Position numbers and translations under genes: made by a program. A stretch of DNA of 64,000 nt from an uncultured Actinomycetes bacterium (GTDB lineage: Bacteria; Actinomycetota; Thermoleophilia; RBG-16-64-13): NCBI GenBank assembly GCA_963841735.1, contig CAWJDT010000004.1, forward strand, positions 224,001 to 288,000, read 5' to 3'. The notes under the pieces were generated by a model. The model was not told where the DNA came from and searched no databases. It worked only from the letters and a program-made list of their open reading frames with translations. Below, piece after piece: positions 56,334 through 64,000 of the stretch. Position 1 is the stretch's first letter, and the number at the start of each line of letters is the position of its first letter.

Positions 56334-56696
56334 CTAGCTCGCTCCCAGAGCCTCCTTGGCACGAGCGGCTATCTGGGCAAACACCTCGGGTTCACGCACC
56401 ACCAAGTCGGCCAACATCTTGCGGTCGACCTCGATCTGCGCCTCTTTCAAACCATGAATGAGCTGGCTGTAGCTCATTCCATGCAAACGCGCTCCCGCGT
56501 TGATCCGCTGGATCCACAAACGACGGAACTCACGCTTGCGCGCCCTGCGGTCGCGGTAAGCATAGGTGCCGGACTTGATCAGCTGCTCTTTGGCCCTGCG
56601 GTACGAGGACTTCTTAAGTCCCCAATATCCCTTGGCCTGCTCTAAGGTCTTGCGGCGCTTCTTCTGCGCGCCGACGCTTCTCTTGACTCTGGGCAT
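56334..56696 (-). CDS. rplT: 50S ribosomal protein L20
   Basis: Motifs MPRVKR, AKGY.G and [20 protein letters not shown]. Confidence 0.98.
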   Translation of the reverse strand: MPRVKRSVGAQKKRRKTLEQAKGYWGLKKSSYRRAKEQLIKSGTYAYRDRRARKREFRRLWIQRINAGARLHGMSYSQLIHGLKEAQIEVDRKMLADLVVREPEVFAQIAARAKEALGAS

Positions 56697-56708
56697 AGCT
56701 CCGTCCTC

Positions 56709-56903
56709 CTAGCGGCCCAGCAGGTCGCGTAGCCGATTGTGATCGCTGTGGTTAATGACGGCGCCCTTGCGCAGCTTACGCTTGCGGTTCGCCGATTTCT
56801 TCGTAAGGAGATGGCTGCCGAAAGCGAGCCGCCGGGTGAGCTTGCCCGTGCCGGTAACGCCTATGCGTTTCTTGGTCCCCTTATGCGTCTTGTTCTTGGC
56901 CAT
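56709..56903 (-). CDS. rpmI: 50S ribosomal protein L35
   Basis: MAKNKTHKGTKKR...TGTGK...HLLTKKS..RKR. Confidence 0.96.
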   Translation of the reverse strand: MAKNKTHKGTKKRIGVTGTGKLTRRLAFGSHLLTKKSANRKRKLRKGAVINHSDHNRLRDLLGR

Positions 56904-56998
56904 AGTTAATCCCTTCGCTAACGTGCAAACCATCTTTGACCCTAAGCAGCCCCTCGTCCGTGAGCGGCGCCGGATCGAGTGTTACACCGAACGCCCGC

Positions 56999-57511
56999 TT
57001 AACTCCGCTTCGGCGCGAGCATCATCACCATGTTCCGACCGTCCAAGTTAGGCTCCGACTCCACATCGCCTATCTCGGTCAGATCTTCCGCCATGCGTCG
57101 CAGCAGCCTCTCTCCCAGATGCGGATGCACCAACTCCCTGCCGCGGAACATGATCGTGAGCTTGACCTTGTCCCCCTTCTTCAGAAAACGCTCGACATGC
57201 CCCTTCTTCGTCGCGAAGTCATGGTCGTCGATCTTGGGCCGCAGCTTGATCTCTTTGATGCTGATCGTCGTCTGCCGCTTGCGCGCTTCCTTAGCCTTCT
57301 GCTCCTGTTCGTACCTGTACTTGCCGAAATCCATCACCTTGCAGACCGGCGGGGCGGCCATCGGAGCTACCTCGACCAAGTCGAGGTTTAGCCTATCGGC
57401 GTATTCCAACGCCTGTGGCACGCTGACGATCCCGACCTGCTCACCGTCCGGCCCGATGAGTCGGACCGATTCTGCGCGAATCTTCTCATTGATGCGAATG
57501 ATGTCGGCTAT
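56999..57511 (-). CDS. infC: Translation initiation factor IF-3 (probable ATA start)
   Basis: Motifs RINEKI, LDLVEV, PPVCK.MD and FRGRE. The SD GGAGGTG lies 9 nt before ATA 57511. Confidence 0.96.
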   Translation of the reverse strand: MADIIRINEKIRAESVRLIGPDGEQVGIVSVPQALEYADRLNLDLVEVAPMAAPPVCKVMDFGKYRYEQEQKAKEARKRQTTISIKEIKLRPKIDDHDFATKKGHVERFLKKGDKVKLTIMFRGRELVHPHLGERLLRRMAEDLTEIGDVESEPNLDGRNMVMMLAPKRS

Positions 57512-57564
57512 GTTGCTGTGCACCTCCCCCGGCGCTACCGGTTAGAGACTGTTCCTGAACACGC

Positions 57565-57687
57565 AAAAAAAGCGGTGTCACCACCGCTTCCCAATGCAGT
57601 CGCCCGGCCCGAAGCCGGACAAGACTATCTATGGCTAAACCTAAGCACCAACAAGGCGCTAGGTGGGAAGGGTGGCTTCCTCTTTAT
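57565..57687 (-). ncRNA. L20 leader (ribosomal-protein attenuator) with terminator
   Basis: 5' GAAGCCACCCTTCCCACCT; antiterminator pairing CCACC-CTTCCCA/TGGGAAG-C-GGTGG; terminator AAGCGGTG-GTGA-CACCGCTT-T5. Upstream of infC-rpmI-rplT. Confidence 0.78.
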
Positions 57688-57697
57688 GCAAGTCGGC

Positions 57698-57726
57698 AGT
57701 ATAGCCGAATAAGCGGCCACGCTCAA
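57698..57726 (-). promoter_or_regulatory. sigma70-type promoter of the infC operon
   Basis: TTGAGC-N17-TATACT. Confidence 0.65.
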
Positions 57727-59636
57727 GCGCAAGGGGCCACGGTCGGTGGGCTGCACTTCCCGGCGATGCTGACGACCGCTTCGCTCAGAAGAAGTGGCTC
57801 GGTGTCCTTGCTACCACGAGACCGCACGGTGACCGTGCGCTGTTCCACTTCGCGATCGCCCACGACAAGCATGAACGGCACTTTCGTGACTTCGCCGTCT
57901 CTGATCTTCTTCGATACCGACTCGGTCCTCAAATCGACGTCCACTCGCAACGCGGCGCACTCCAGAGCAGCCTTGACCTCTGCCGCATAGCCTGCGTGGC
58001 GATCGGCCACAGGCACAACGGCCACCTGCACGGGAGCAAGCCAAGCCGGCAGCGCGCCCCCGTAGTGCTCGATGAGAATGCCTAGGAAACGCTCGATGCT
58101 CCCCAGCACTACGCGGTGCAGCATGACCGGACGGTGGCGCTGGTTATCCTCGCCCACATAGTCGAGGTCGAGTCGCTCGGGCATGGCGAAGTCCAACTGA
58201 CAGGTAGCGCACTGCCACGTGCGCCCCATGACGTCCTCGATGTGGAAGTCGATCTTAGGCCCGTAGAAAGCACCATCCCCCGGATTGAGCACGTATGGTA
58301 GCTCGGCACGCTCCAGAGCTGTCGCCAGCGCACTCTCGGCGATCTGCCACATCTCGTCGCTACCGATAGACTTGTCCGGCCTGGTGGACAGCTCCACATG
58401 GACCTTCTCGAAACCGAAGGTCTTGTACATCCGCCGGATCAGAGCGATCACCCCCAGCACCTCATCTTCCACCTGCTCGGGCAGACAGAAGATGTGGGCG
58501 TCGTCCTGGGTGAACACCCGAACTCTGAACAGGCCATGCAGCACGCCGGACATCTCGTGCCGGTGCACCTGACCCAACTCCGCCATGCGGATAGGGAAGT
58601 CCCTATAGGAATGCTGGTCGCTCTTGTATACGAGCGTGCCCCCAGGACAGTTCATGGGTTTGACGGCGAAGTCGACGTCATCGATCTTCGTGAAGTACAT
58701 GTTGTCCTTGTAGTTCTCCCAATGGCCGGATTGTTCCCAGAGCGTGCGATCCAGCATTATGGGCGTGCGGATCTCTTCGTAGCCGGCGGCCACGTGTTCC
58801 CTCCGCCAGTACTCCAAGAGCGCGTTCACCACTCGCATCCCCTTGGGATGGAAGAACGGGAAGCCGGGGCCCTCGTCGTGGAAACTGAAAAGGCCCAGTT
58901 CGCGGCCGAGCCGGCGATGATCACGCTGCTTTGCCATCTCCATGCGCTCGAGGTACTCGTCAAGATCTTTCTTGGTAGCGAAAGCCGTGCCGTAGATGCG
59001 GGTAAGCATGGTGTTGTCGCTCTTGCCCCGCCAGTACGCTCCGGCGACTGAGAGAAGCGCCACAGCCCCGATACGGCTGCTGTCGGGCACATGCGGCCCT
59101 CGACACAGGTCGACGAACTCACCCTGGCGGTAGAGGCTGATGATCGCGTCCTCGGGCAAGTCGTGTACGAGTTCGAGCTTATACGGCTCGTCCCGGAACA
59201 CTGCCGTCGCTTCTTCTCTGCTGACCTCGCGCCGCTCAAAGGGCGCCCCTTGCCCAAGCAGGCGGTGCATCTCTTCGGCCAGCCCCGGCAGATCGTCCTC
59301 GCCTACAGCCTGGGGGAATTCGAAGTCGTAGTAGAACCCGTCCTTGATGGCTGGGCCAATGGCGACCTTGGTGCCGGGGAACAGACGAGTGGCAGCCTCG
59401 GCCAGTACGTGAGCCGCTGAGTGGCGGATGACGTCGAGGCCTTCGGGCGTGCCGGGAGTCACGATGGCCACGTGGTCGCCCTCGTGAAGCCTCGTCGCCA
59501 GGTCGACCACCACATCGCCGACCTTTGCTGCCACCGCTGCCTTCGCCAAACGGGGGCCGATGGCTTCGGCGACGGCGCCCGCTGTGGCCCCGTCGGCCAC
59601 GGTGAGTTCTGAACCATCAGGAAGAACGACCTTCAT
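57723..59636 (-). CDS. thrS: Threonine--tRNA ligase
   Basis: TGS domain plus motifs HSAAH, DLCRGPH, KPMNCP, GLFRVR.FTQDD and GSIERF. Confidence 0.98.
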   Translation of the reverse strand: MKVVLPDGSELTVADGATAGAVAEAIGPRLAKAAVAAKVGDVVVDLATRLHEGDHVAIVTPGTPEGLDVIRHSAAHVLAEAATRLFPGTKVAIGPAIKDGFYYDFEFPQAVGEDDLPGLAEEMHRLLGQGAPFERREVSREEATAVFRDEPYKLELVHDLPEDAIISLYRQGEFVDLCRGPHVPDSSRIGAVALLSVAGAYWRGKSDNTMLTRIYGTAFATKKDLDEYLERMEMAKQRDHRRLGRELGLFSFHDEGPGFPFFHPKGMRVVNALLEYWRREHVAAGYEEIRTPIMLDRTLWEQSGHWENYKDNMYFTKIDDVDFAVKPMNCPGGTLVYKSDQHSYRDFPIRMAELGQVHRHEMSGVLHGLFRVRVFTQDDAHIFCLPEQVEDEVLGVIALIRRMYKTFGFEKVHVELSTRPDKSIGSDEMWQIAESALATALERAELPYVLNPGDGAFYGPKIDFHIEDVMGRTWQCATCQLDFAMPERLDLDYVGEDNQRHRPVMLHRVVLGSIERFLGILIEHYGGALPAWLAPVQVAVVPVADRHAGYAAEVKAALECAALRVDVDLRTESVSKKIRDGEVTKVPFMLVVGDREVEQRTVTVRSRGSKDTEPLLLSEAVVSIAGKCSPPTVAPCA

Positions 59637-59677
59637 GGGCCCTCACAGAAATGAGTTGATGGGCCGGAGTGTGTGAG

Positions 59678-59749
59678 TGGGCACTGTAGGATTTGAACCT
59701 ACGACCTCTTCCGTGTCAAGGAAGCGCTCTCCCCCTGAGCTAAGCGCCC
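59678..59749 (-). tRNA. tRNA-Val(GAC), CCA not encoded
   Basis: Cloverleaf GGGCGCT...CTTCC-TTGACAC-GGAAG...GTTCAAATC...AGTGCCC-A. Confidence 0.95.
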
Positions 59750-59761
59750 ATCAGGGCGGTC

Positions 59762-59790
59762 ATGATACAGCCGTGCCTCAACACTGGCAA
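59762..59790 (-). promoter_or_regulatory. Promoter for tRNA-Val-thrS
   Basis: TTGCCA-N17-TATCAT. Confidence 0.65.
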
Positions 59791-60094
59791 GCTCTCGGGG
59801 CCAGTGCCGAAGAAGCAGCGGCCACTACAGCGCCTCAACAGTCGTGACGCAGCGCCTCAGACTGACTGGCTGTTCGCAGCTCGACGATCACGTCCGTAAA
59901 CACTCTTGGCGGTATTGAATGGAAAAGAGTGAACCGACGGACATTCCCCGATGAATACTCCCGGCTACTCTTCGCTGTCGTGCTCTTGTGGGCCGGCCAG
60001 GGTGTGTGGACAAAGAAGATGCTGGACATGAATTCGGAGGATAGCGACCGAACCATCGGTCGGTGCCCGCTGCAACGAGCACGCCATCATGAGG

Positions 60095-60165
60095 AGGCGA
60101 CGACCGGACTTGAACCGGTGTAGCGGGTTTTGCAGACCCGTGCCTAGCCACTCGGCCACGTCGCC
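60095..60165 (-). tRNA. tRNA-Cys(GCA), CCA not encoded (CCT follows)
   Basis: GGCGACG...CGGGT-CTGCAAA-ACCCG...GTTCAAGTC...CGTCGCC-T. Confidence 0.95.
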
Positions 60166-60182
60166 TCGAGACGGCACAGAGA

Positions 60183-60259
60183 TGGAGCGGATGAAGGGAT
60201 TCGAACCCTCGACCTTCTGCATGGCAAGCAGACGCTCTAGCCAACTGAGCTACATCCGC
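60183..60259 (-). tRNA. tRNA-Gly(GCC), CCA encoded
   Basis: GCGGATG...TCTGC-TTGCCAT-GCAGA...GTTCGAATC...CATCCGC-TCCA. A TATAAT lies at 60284-60289 upstream. Confidence 0.96.
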
Positions 60260-60284
60260 CCGTAGGCGCCTTACGGCTTGGGGA

Positions 60285-61880
60285 TTATAGACCAGCGCCT
60301 TCCTGTTCGTCTAGAGCGCGATTCACCAAAGCGTCGGCTCTGGCGTTCTGCTCCCTTGGAACATGGCGGATTCGGAAACGCGAAAAGCGCCGCGACCGCT
60401 CCTGAGCCTCGGCGTGGAGAGGCTTGAGACCTTCATTCTTAACCTTGTACTGCCCGAGCATCTGCCTCACCAGCAGTTCGGAATCGGATGCCACCTCTAC
60501 CTCGCCGGCCCCCAACGCCGCGGCAGCCTCCAGACCAACCAGCAGCGCGCGGTATTCGGCCACATTGTTGGTGGTGACCCCGATGGCTCGACCGATCCCC
60601 TCGAGCACCTCGCCGGCCCCGTCCTCGATAACCACTCCGATGCCACTGGGGCCAGGATTACCGCGTGAACCCCCGTCGATCCACACCCGCACTGCCAGCT
60701 TGCCGTCACCGGCGCCGGACCTGGGGGCTGACGATCTCGTACTCACGCCCGCACCCGATTCATGCTCGCCGCAGCCCGTCGCCACGTGATTCCACGGTGA
60801 ACTCCATTCCTCAGACAAAGCCACGCCTACCCCAACCTTCTTCAGTTCGTTTACCAGAGTCTGCGCCCACTGCTTGAACGCCCACCATTCAAAGTCGCCA
60901 TGCGGCACCGCGACAAGAGCAAGCCCATCGTTTGCTGCTCGCTCGCCCTCGTGGTAGCCAACGTCACCCGTGACAAGCACCTCGCAACGCTCCGCGGCCC
61001 GATCAAGCGAACTGCGCCCACTACCGGGCAGCACTCCCACTTGCCTCACCATCCGCGAGCCATCGCCGCTCCAAGAGACGCCCTCGAGCTCGAAGATCTG
61101 CGCCACGCGGCTCGCCAAGTCTCCCACCGATACCGCCGCGGGCATCGTCCCGACGCGACCCAGGCCTACGCGGGGAAGAATGTCTTCCACCGGGTAGACA
61201 TCAAAAGCCGGCTCCTCATAGGGATGAGCGGCGACGAAGGCTCTGATCACCTCGCCTAACCGGTTCCGCGGCGCCACGGTCTCCCAGCGGACCTCAGAGA
61301 TCCTTTCGGGATGCGCCCGCACACCCACTGCCGGGTTGGCTCCAGGCCCAGGAGTGAACCACCCCTTGCCCTCGCCGCCATACGCGCAATCCGCATAGTC
61401 GCCAATGGCGCCCGCTCCAGCCGCGAACACGGCGGCAGCCACAGTCTCCACTGCCTCCGTCGGAATGAACCCCACCACCTTGTACCAGCCGGCGGGCGAC
61501 GGCTCCAAGGGAGTCATATCCACGAGACCAAGCGCATGTCCGGCGATGTCCGCCAATCCGTTACGAGCCGCATCCACATTGGTGTGGCAGGCGATCAGGT
61601 TGAGGCCGGCGCTCACGAGCCTGCGCACACTGCGCTCGCGGGGCTGTGATTCGCGCAGGGATCGCACCGGCGCATACAATAGCGGGTGATGCGTGAGGAT
61701 GGTGTCATAACCACCGGCGACGGCCTCGCTCAGAACCGGCTCAGTCAATTCCAGCGCCACGAGGACGCTCCGCACCGCCGCTTCCTCGTCACCCACGAGA
61801 AGACCGCAGTTGTCGCCCGGCTGAGCAAGCTCAAACGGAGCAAGTCGCTCGACAACGCGCAACAGTTCGCTTACCAACAC
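60285..61880 (-). CDS. Nif3/DUF34 dinuclear-metal protein (with PII-like insert) fused to ribonuclease HI
   Basis: Nif3 motifs DNCGL, THHP, HTNVD, AHPYEEPA.D, TGD..YH and H..E. C-terminal RNase H motifs DGGSRGNPG, NN.AEY, DSEL and N..AD.L. Confidence 0.88.
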   Translation of the reverse strand: MLVSELLRVVERLAPFELAQPGDNCGLLVGDEEAAVRSVLVALELTEPVLSEAVAGGYDTILTHHPLLYAPVRSLRESQPRERSVRRLVSAGLNLIACHTNVDAARNGLADIAGHALGLVDMTPLEPSPAGWYKVVGFIPTEAVETVAAAVFAAGAGAIGDYADCAYGGEGKGWFTPGPGANPAVGVRAHPERISEVRWETVAPRNRLGEVIRAFVAAHPYEEPAFDVYPVEDILPRVGLGRVGTMPAAVSVGDLASRVAQIFELEGVSWSGDGSRMVRQVGVLPGSGRSSLDRAAERCEVLVTGDVGYHEGERAANDGLALVAVPHGDFEWWAFKQWAQTLVNELKKVGVGVALSEEWSSPWNHVATGCGEHESGAGVSTRSSAPRSGAGDGKLAVRVWIDGGSRGNPGPSGIGVVIEDGAGEVLEGIGRAIGVTTNNVAEYRALLVGLEAAAALGAGEVEVASDSELLVRQMLGQYKVKNEGLKPLHAEAQERSRRFSRFRIRHVPREQNARADALVNRALDEQEGAGL

Positions 61881-61907
61881 CGCGCACTCCTTCGGGCGGT
61901 CAATAAG

Positions 61908-61981
61908 TGGGCCCAGCAGGACTCGAACCTGCGACCGGCCGATTATGAGTCGGCAGCTCTAACCAACTGAGCTATGGGCCC
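61908..61981 (-). tRNA. tRNA with CAT anticodon, most likely tRNA-Ile2 (lysidine)
   Basis: GGGCCCATAGCTCAGTTGGTTAGAGC-GCCGA-CTCATAA-TCGGC. G1-C72 is paired and there is no GGG/CCC anticodon stem, so it is not the initiator. Confidence 0.85.
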
Positions 61982-62009
61982 GGGACGACGCACATTCTAC
62001 CGCACCGGC

Positions 62010-62645
62010 CTACGTCGCAGAGCCAACTCTCTCAACGATGAAGAGGCCGCTGACGGCCCTTAGGTTGGGCCACAGCCGCACCGGACGCCTCTTGCCCATA
62101 TAGAAACTACGGACGATGCGTATGTCCTGCCCCCGAGTGAAGTCCTTGAAATCATTGATGGTGAGCGAACGAACGTTGGGTGTGTTGTACCACTGGTAAG
62201 GCAGCGCCTTAGTCACCGGCACCCGCCCGGTGAACAGCAGCTGCAGCCGAGGCTTCCAGTGCCCGAAGTTGGGGAAGCTGGCCACGACGTAACGCCCCAC
62301 CCGCAAGGCCTCCTTGAGAACCTCCAGAGTCTCGTGCGCTTGTTGCAGCGTCTGGCTTAGCACCACGTAGTCAAAACTGGCCGCGGGGTAGTACGAAAGG
62401 CCCTCAGTGAAGTCCCCGTGATGCACCGTCACCCCGTGGGCCGCGGCCTCGTAGACCCGCTCCTCCACGATCTCTATTCCCGTACCTCGCACATCCTTCT
62501 GCTCGGCGAGAACCTTCAGCAGCTCGCCGGCGCCGCAGCCCAGGTCGAGCACCCGGGCCCCTCGCGGCACCGCCTCCACGATGAACAGGTGATCCGGACC
62601 CAAGGCTGCCAGTAGGTCACGCATCTCCAGCGTATCCTCAGTCAA
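62010..62645 (-). CDS. metW: Methionine biosynthesis protein MetW (SAM-dependent methyltransferase fold)
   Basis: Motifs [29 protein letters not shown] and [10 protein letters not shown]. Follows metX. Start is TTG 62645 or ATG 62624. Confidence 0.93.
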   Translation of the reverse strand: MTEDTLEMRDLLAALGPDHLFIVEAVPRGARVLDLGCGAGELLKVLAEQKDVRGTGIEIVEERVYEAAAHGVTVHHGDFTEGLSYYPAASFDYVVLSQTLQQAHETLEVLKEALRVGRYVVASFPNFGHWKPRLQLLFTGRVPVTKALPYQWYNTPNVRSLTINDFKDFTRGQDIRIVRSFYMGKRRPVRLWPNLRAVSGLFIVERVGSAT

Positions 62646-63807
62646 AGCGCAATCCTCTCCGCCGCGCGGTGGTATCGACGAAATGCCACACCACCCGGCT
62701 GAGCTCCTTGTTTTCGAGCAGAAAGGCGTCGTGCCCAAACGATAGCTTCATCTCCAGGTAGGAGCAGTCGATGTTGTTGCCCTTGAGGGCTTTCACAATC
62801 TCTTTCGACTGGTAGGGTGGATACAGCCAGTCACTGCTAAAAGCTACCAGGAGAAAGCGCATCTCCTCGGGAATGTCACGGAAGGTCTCGGTCAACACCC
62901 CGTGACCGCCGGACAGGTCGAAGTAGTCCAGAGCCTTTGTGACATAGAGATAGGTGTTGGCATCAAAGCGACGGGTGAACATCTCCCCTTGGTACTTCAG
63001 GTAGCTCGCCACCTCGAAGTCCTGGGTCAGGCCATAGCTTAGCTCCCTGCTATCCCGCAGGCGCCGCCCGAACTTCTCATGCATGGATTCATCCGACAGG
63101 TATGTTATGTGGCCGATCATCCGGGCCACAGCAAGGCCACTGTCGGGCGGATCGCCGTCGTAGTAGTCGCCGCCGTTCCATTTGGGATCGCCCATGATGG
63201 CTTGGCGGCCTACCTCGTTGAACGCGATCTGCATAGGTGAGTGCCGCTGCGTGGCGGCGATGGGGATGCACGAAGCTACCGCGTCCGGGTACGCTACCGC
63301 CCATTGCAGGGCCTGCATGCCCCCCATGGAGCCGCCCGACACACTGAGCAGACGGCTGATGCCCAGTCGATCGATGAGCAGCTTCTGGGCCCGCACCATG
63401 TCACCCACCGTAACCAGGGGAAACTCGAGGCCGTAGGGCCTGCCCGTCGCGGGGTTGACGCTGATAGGACCCGAACTGCCCTTGCACCCGCCGATGACGT
63501 TGGAACACACCACAAAGTAGCGGTCGGTGTCGAAGCCCTTGCCCGGGCCGATCATCGCCTCCCACCAGCCGGGCTTTTCGTCTCCCGGGTAGTAGCCGGC
63601 AGCGTGCGCGTCACCAGACAGCGCGTGCACTATGAGGATGGCGTTGGTTCGCTCCTCGTTCAAGCGCCCGTAGGTCTCGTAGGCGATCGTAACCGGGGCG
63701 AGCGTCTCTCCCGAGTCGAGCAGCAGCGAGTCGAACTCCACCGACTGGAGGGTGGCCTCTCCCACGGAGGACCCCTGGTGCGTCTGGTCTATGCGGTAAT
63801 CACTCAT
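62638..63807 (-). CDS. metX: Homoserine O-acetyltransferase
   Basis: Motifs HALSGD, GWW...IGPG, GGSMGGM, RFDAN and GHDAFL. Confidence 0.95.
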   Translation of the reverse strand: MSDYRIDQTHQGSSVGEATLQSVEFDSLLLDSGETLAPVTIAYETYGRLNEERTNAILIVHALSGDAHAAGYYPGDEKPGWWEAMIGPGKGFDTDRYFVVCSNVIGGCKGSSGPISVNPATGRPYGLEFPLVTVGDMVRAQKLLIDRLGISRLLSVSGGSMGGMQALQWAVAYPDAVASCIPIAATQRHSPMQIAFNEVGRQAIMGDPKWNGGDYYDGDPPDSGLAVARMIGHITYLSDESMHEKFGRRLRDSRELSYGLTQDFEVASYLKYQGEMFTRRFDANTYLYVTKALDYFDLSGGHGVLTETFRDIPEEMRFLLVAFSSDWLYPPYQSKEIVKALKGNNIDCSYLEMKLSFGHDAFLLENKELSRVVWHFVDTTARRRGLRFD

Positions 63808-64000
63808 CCCCGATAACGGTTCGTGATAGGTAGGCGCCGGTCCTTCCCGAAGGCCTTCGGAGTGATTCGGACTCCCGGAGCGCTTTGCCGTCGCTTGTAC
63901 TCGTTGCCGTCGATCATAGCCAACACTTTCTGTACCATCGGGCGCTCAATCCCCAAGGTTACAATCTCATCGATGCTGTCGTCGCGCACAACGTACGCCT
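63804..64000 (-). CDS. nadE: Glutamine-dependent NAD+ synthetase, C-terminal end (gene starts beyond the window)
   Basis: [30 protein letters not shown] is the typical NadE C-terminus. Confidence 0.88.
   Translation of the reverse strand, partial: AYVVRDDSIDEIVTLGIERPMVQKVLAMIDGNEYKRRQSAPGVRITPKAFGKDRRLPITNRYRG

Noticed and set aside
59835-60244. Small ORFs around the tRNA cluster (73, 118, 64 and 85 aa)
   Set aside because: They overlap tRNA genes or lack an RBS and any recognisable protein features.
61908-61981. tRNA-fMet call for the CAT tRNA
   Set aside because: It has a paired G1-C72 and lacks the three G-C anticodon-stem pairs. The sequence fits Ile2 better, though elongator Met is not fully excluded.

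Overview
This is a 64-kb, GC-rich core-genome segment in which every real gene lies on the minus strand. The rRNA features and gene content suggest a deep-branching Actinomycetota, probably Thermoleophilia; this is an inference, not a database result. In transcription order (right to left) it holds: the nadE 3' end, metX-metW, tRNA-Ile2, a Nif3-RNase HI fusion, tRNA-Gly/Cys/Val, thrS, an L20 leader followed by infC-rpmI-rplT-trmH-pheST, argCJB-F-R-G-H (no argD), mpg, a second NIF3-like gene, tyrS, a DUF2079 membrane protein, an orphan lipoprotein, a complete 16S-23S-5S operon, dapA, pilD-pilMNO plus a Thr-rich PilP-like lipoprotein, aroC-aroKB-aroQ-efp-asp23-nusB-dxs-tlyA-nadK-recN-pyrG, an M20 peptidase, nudF, ald, a split xerD, a deoB-PNP fusion, a DHH/CBS tRNA nucleotidyltransferase, a site-2 protease, scpAB, rluB and hisC-aroF-tyrA-aroA-cmk. 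I found no CRISPR array, prophage, IS element or defence island, and no clearly new multi-gene system. The leads most worth checking are the secretin-less pilMNO+PilP-like module with a sigma28-like promoter, two unusual enzyme fusions, a structured element between two rrn promoters, several non-canonical starts, and two probable single-base indels (xerD, scpA).
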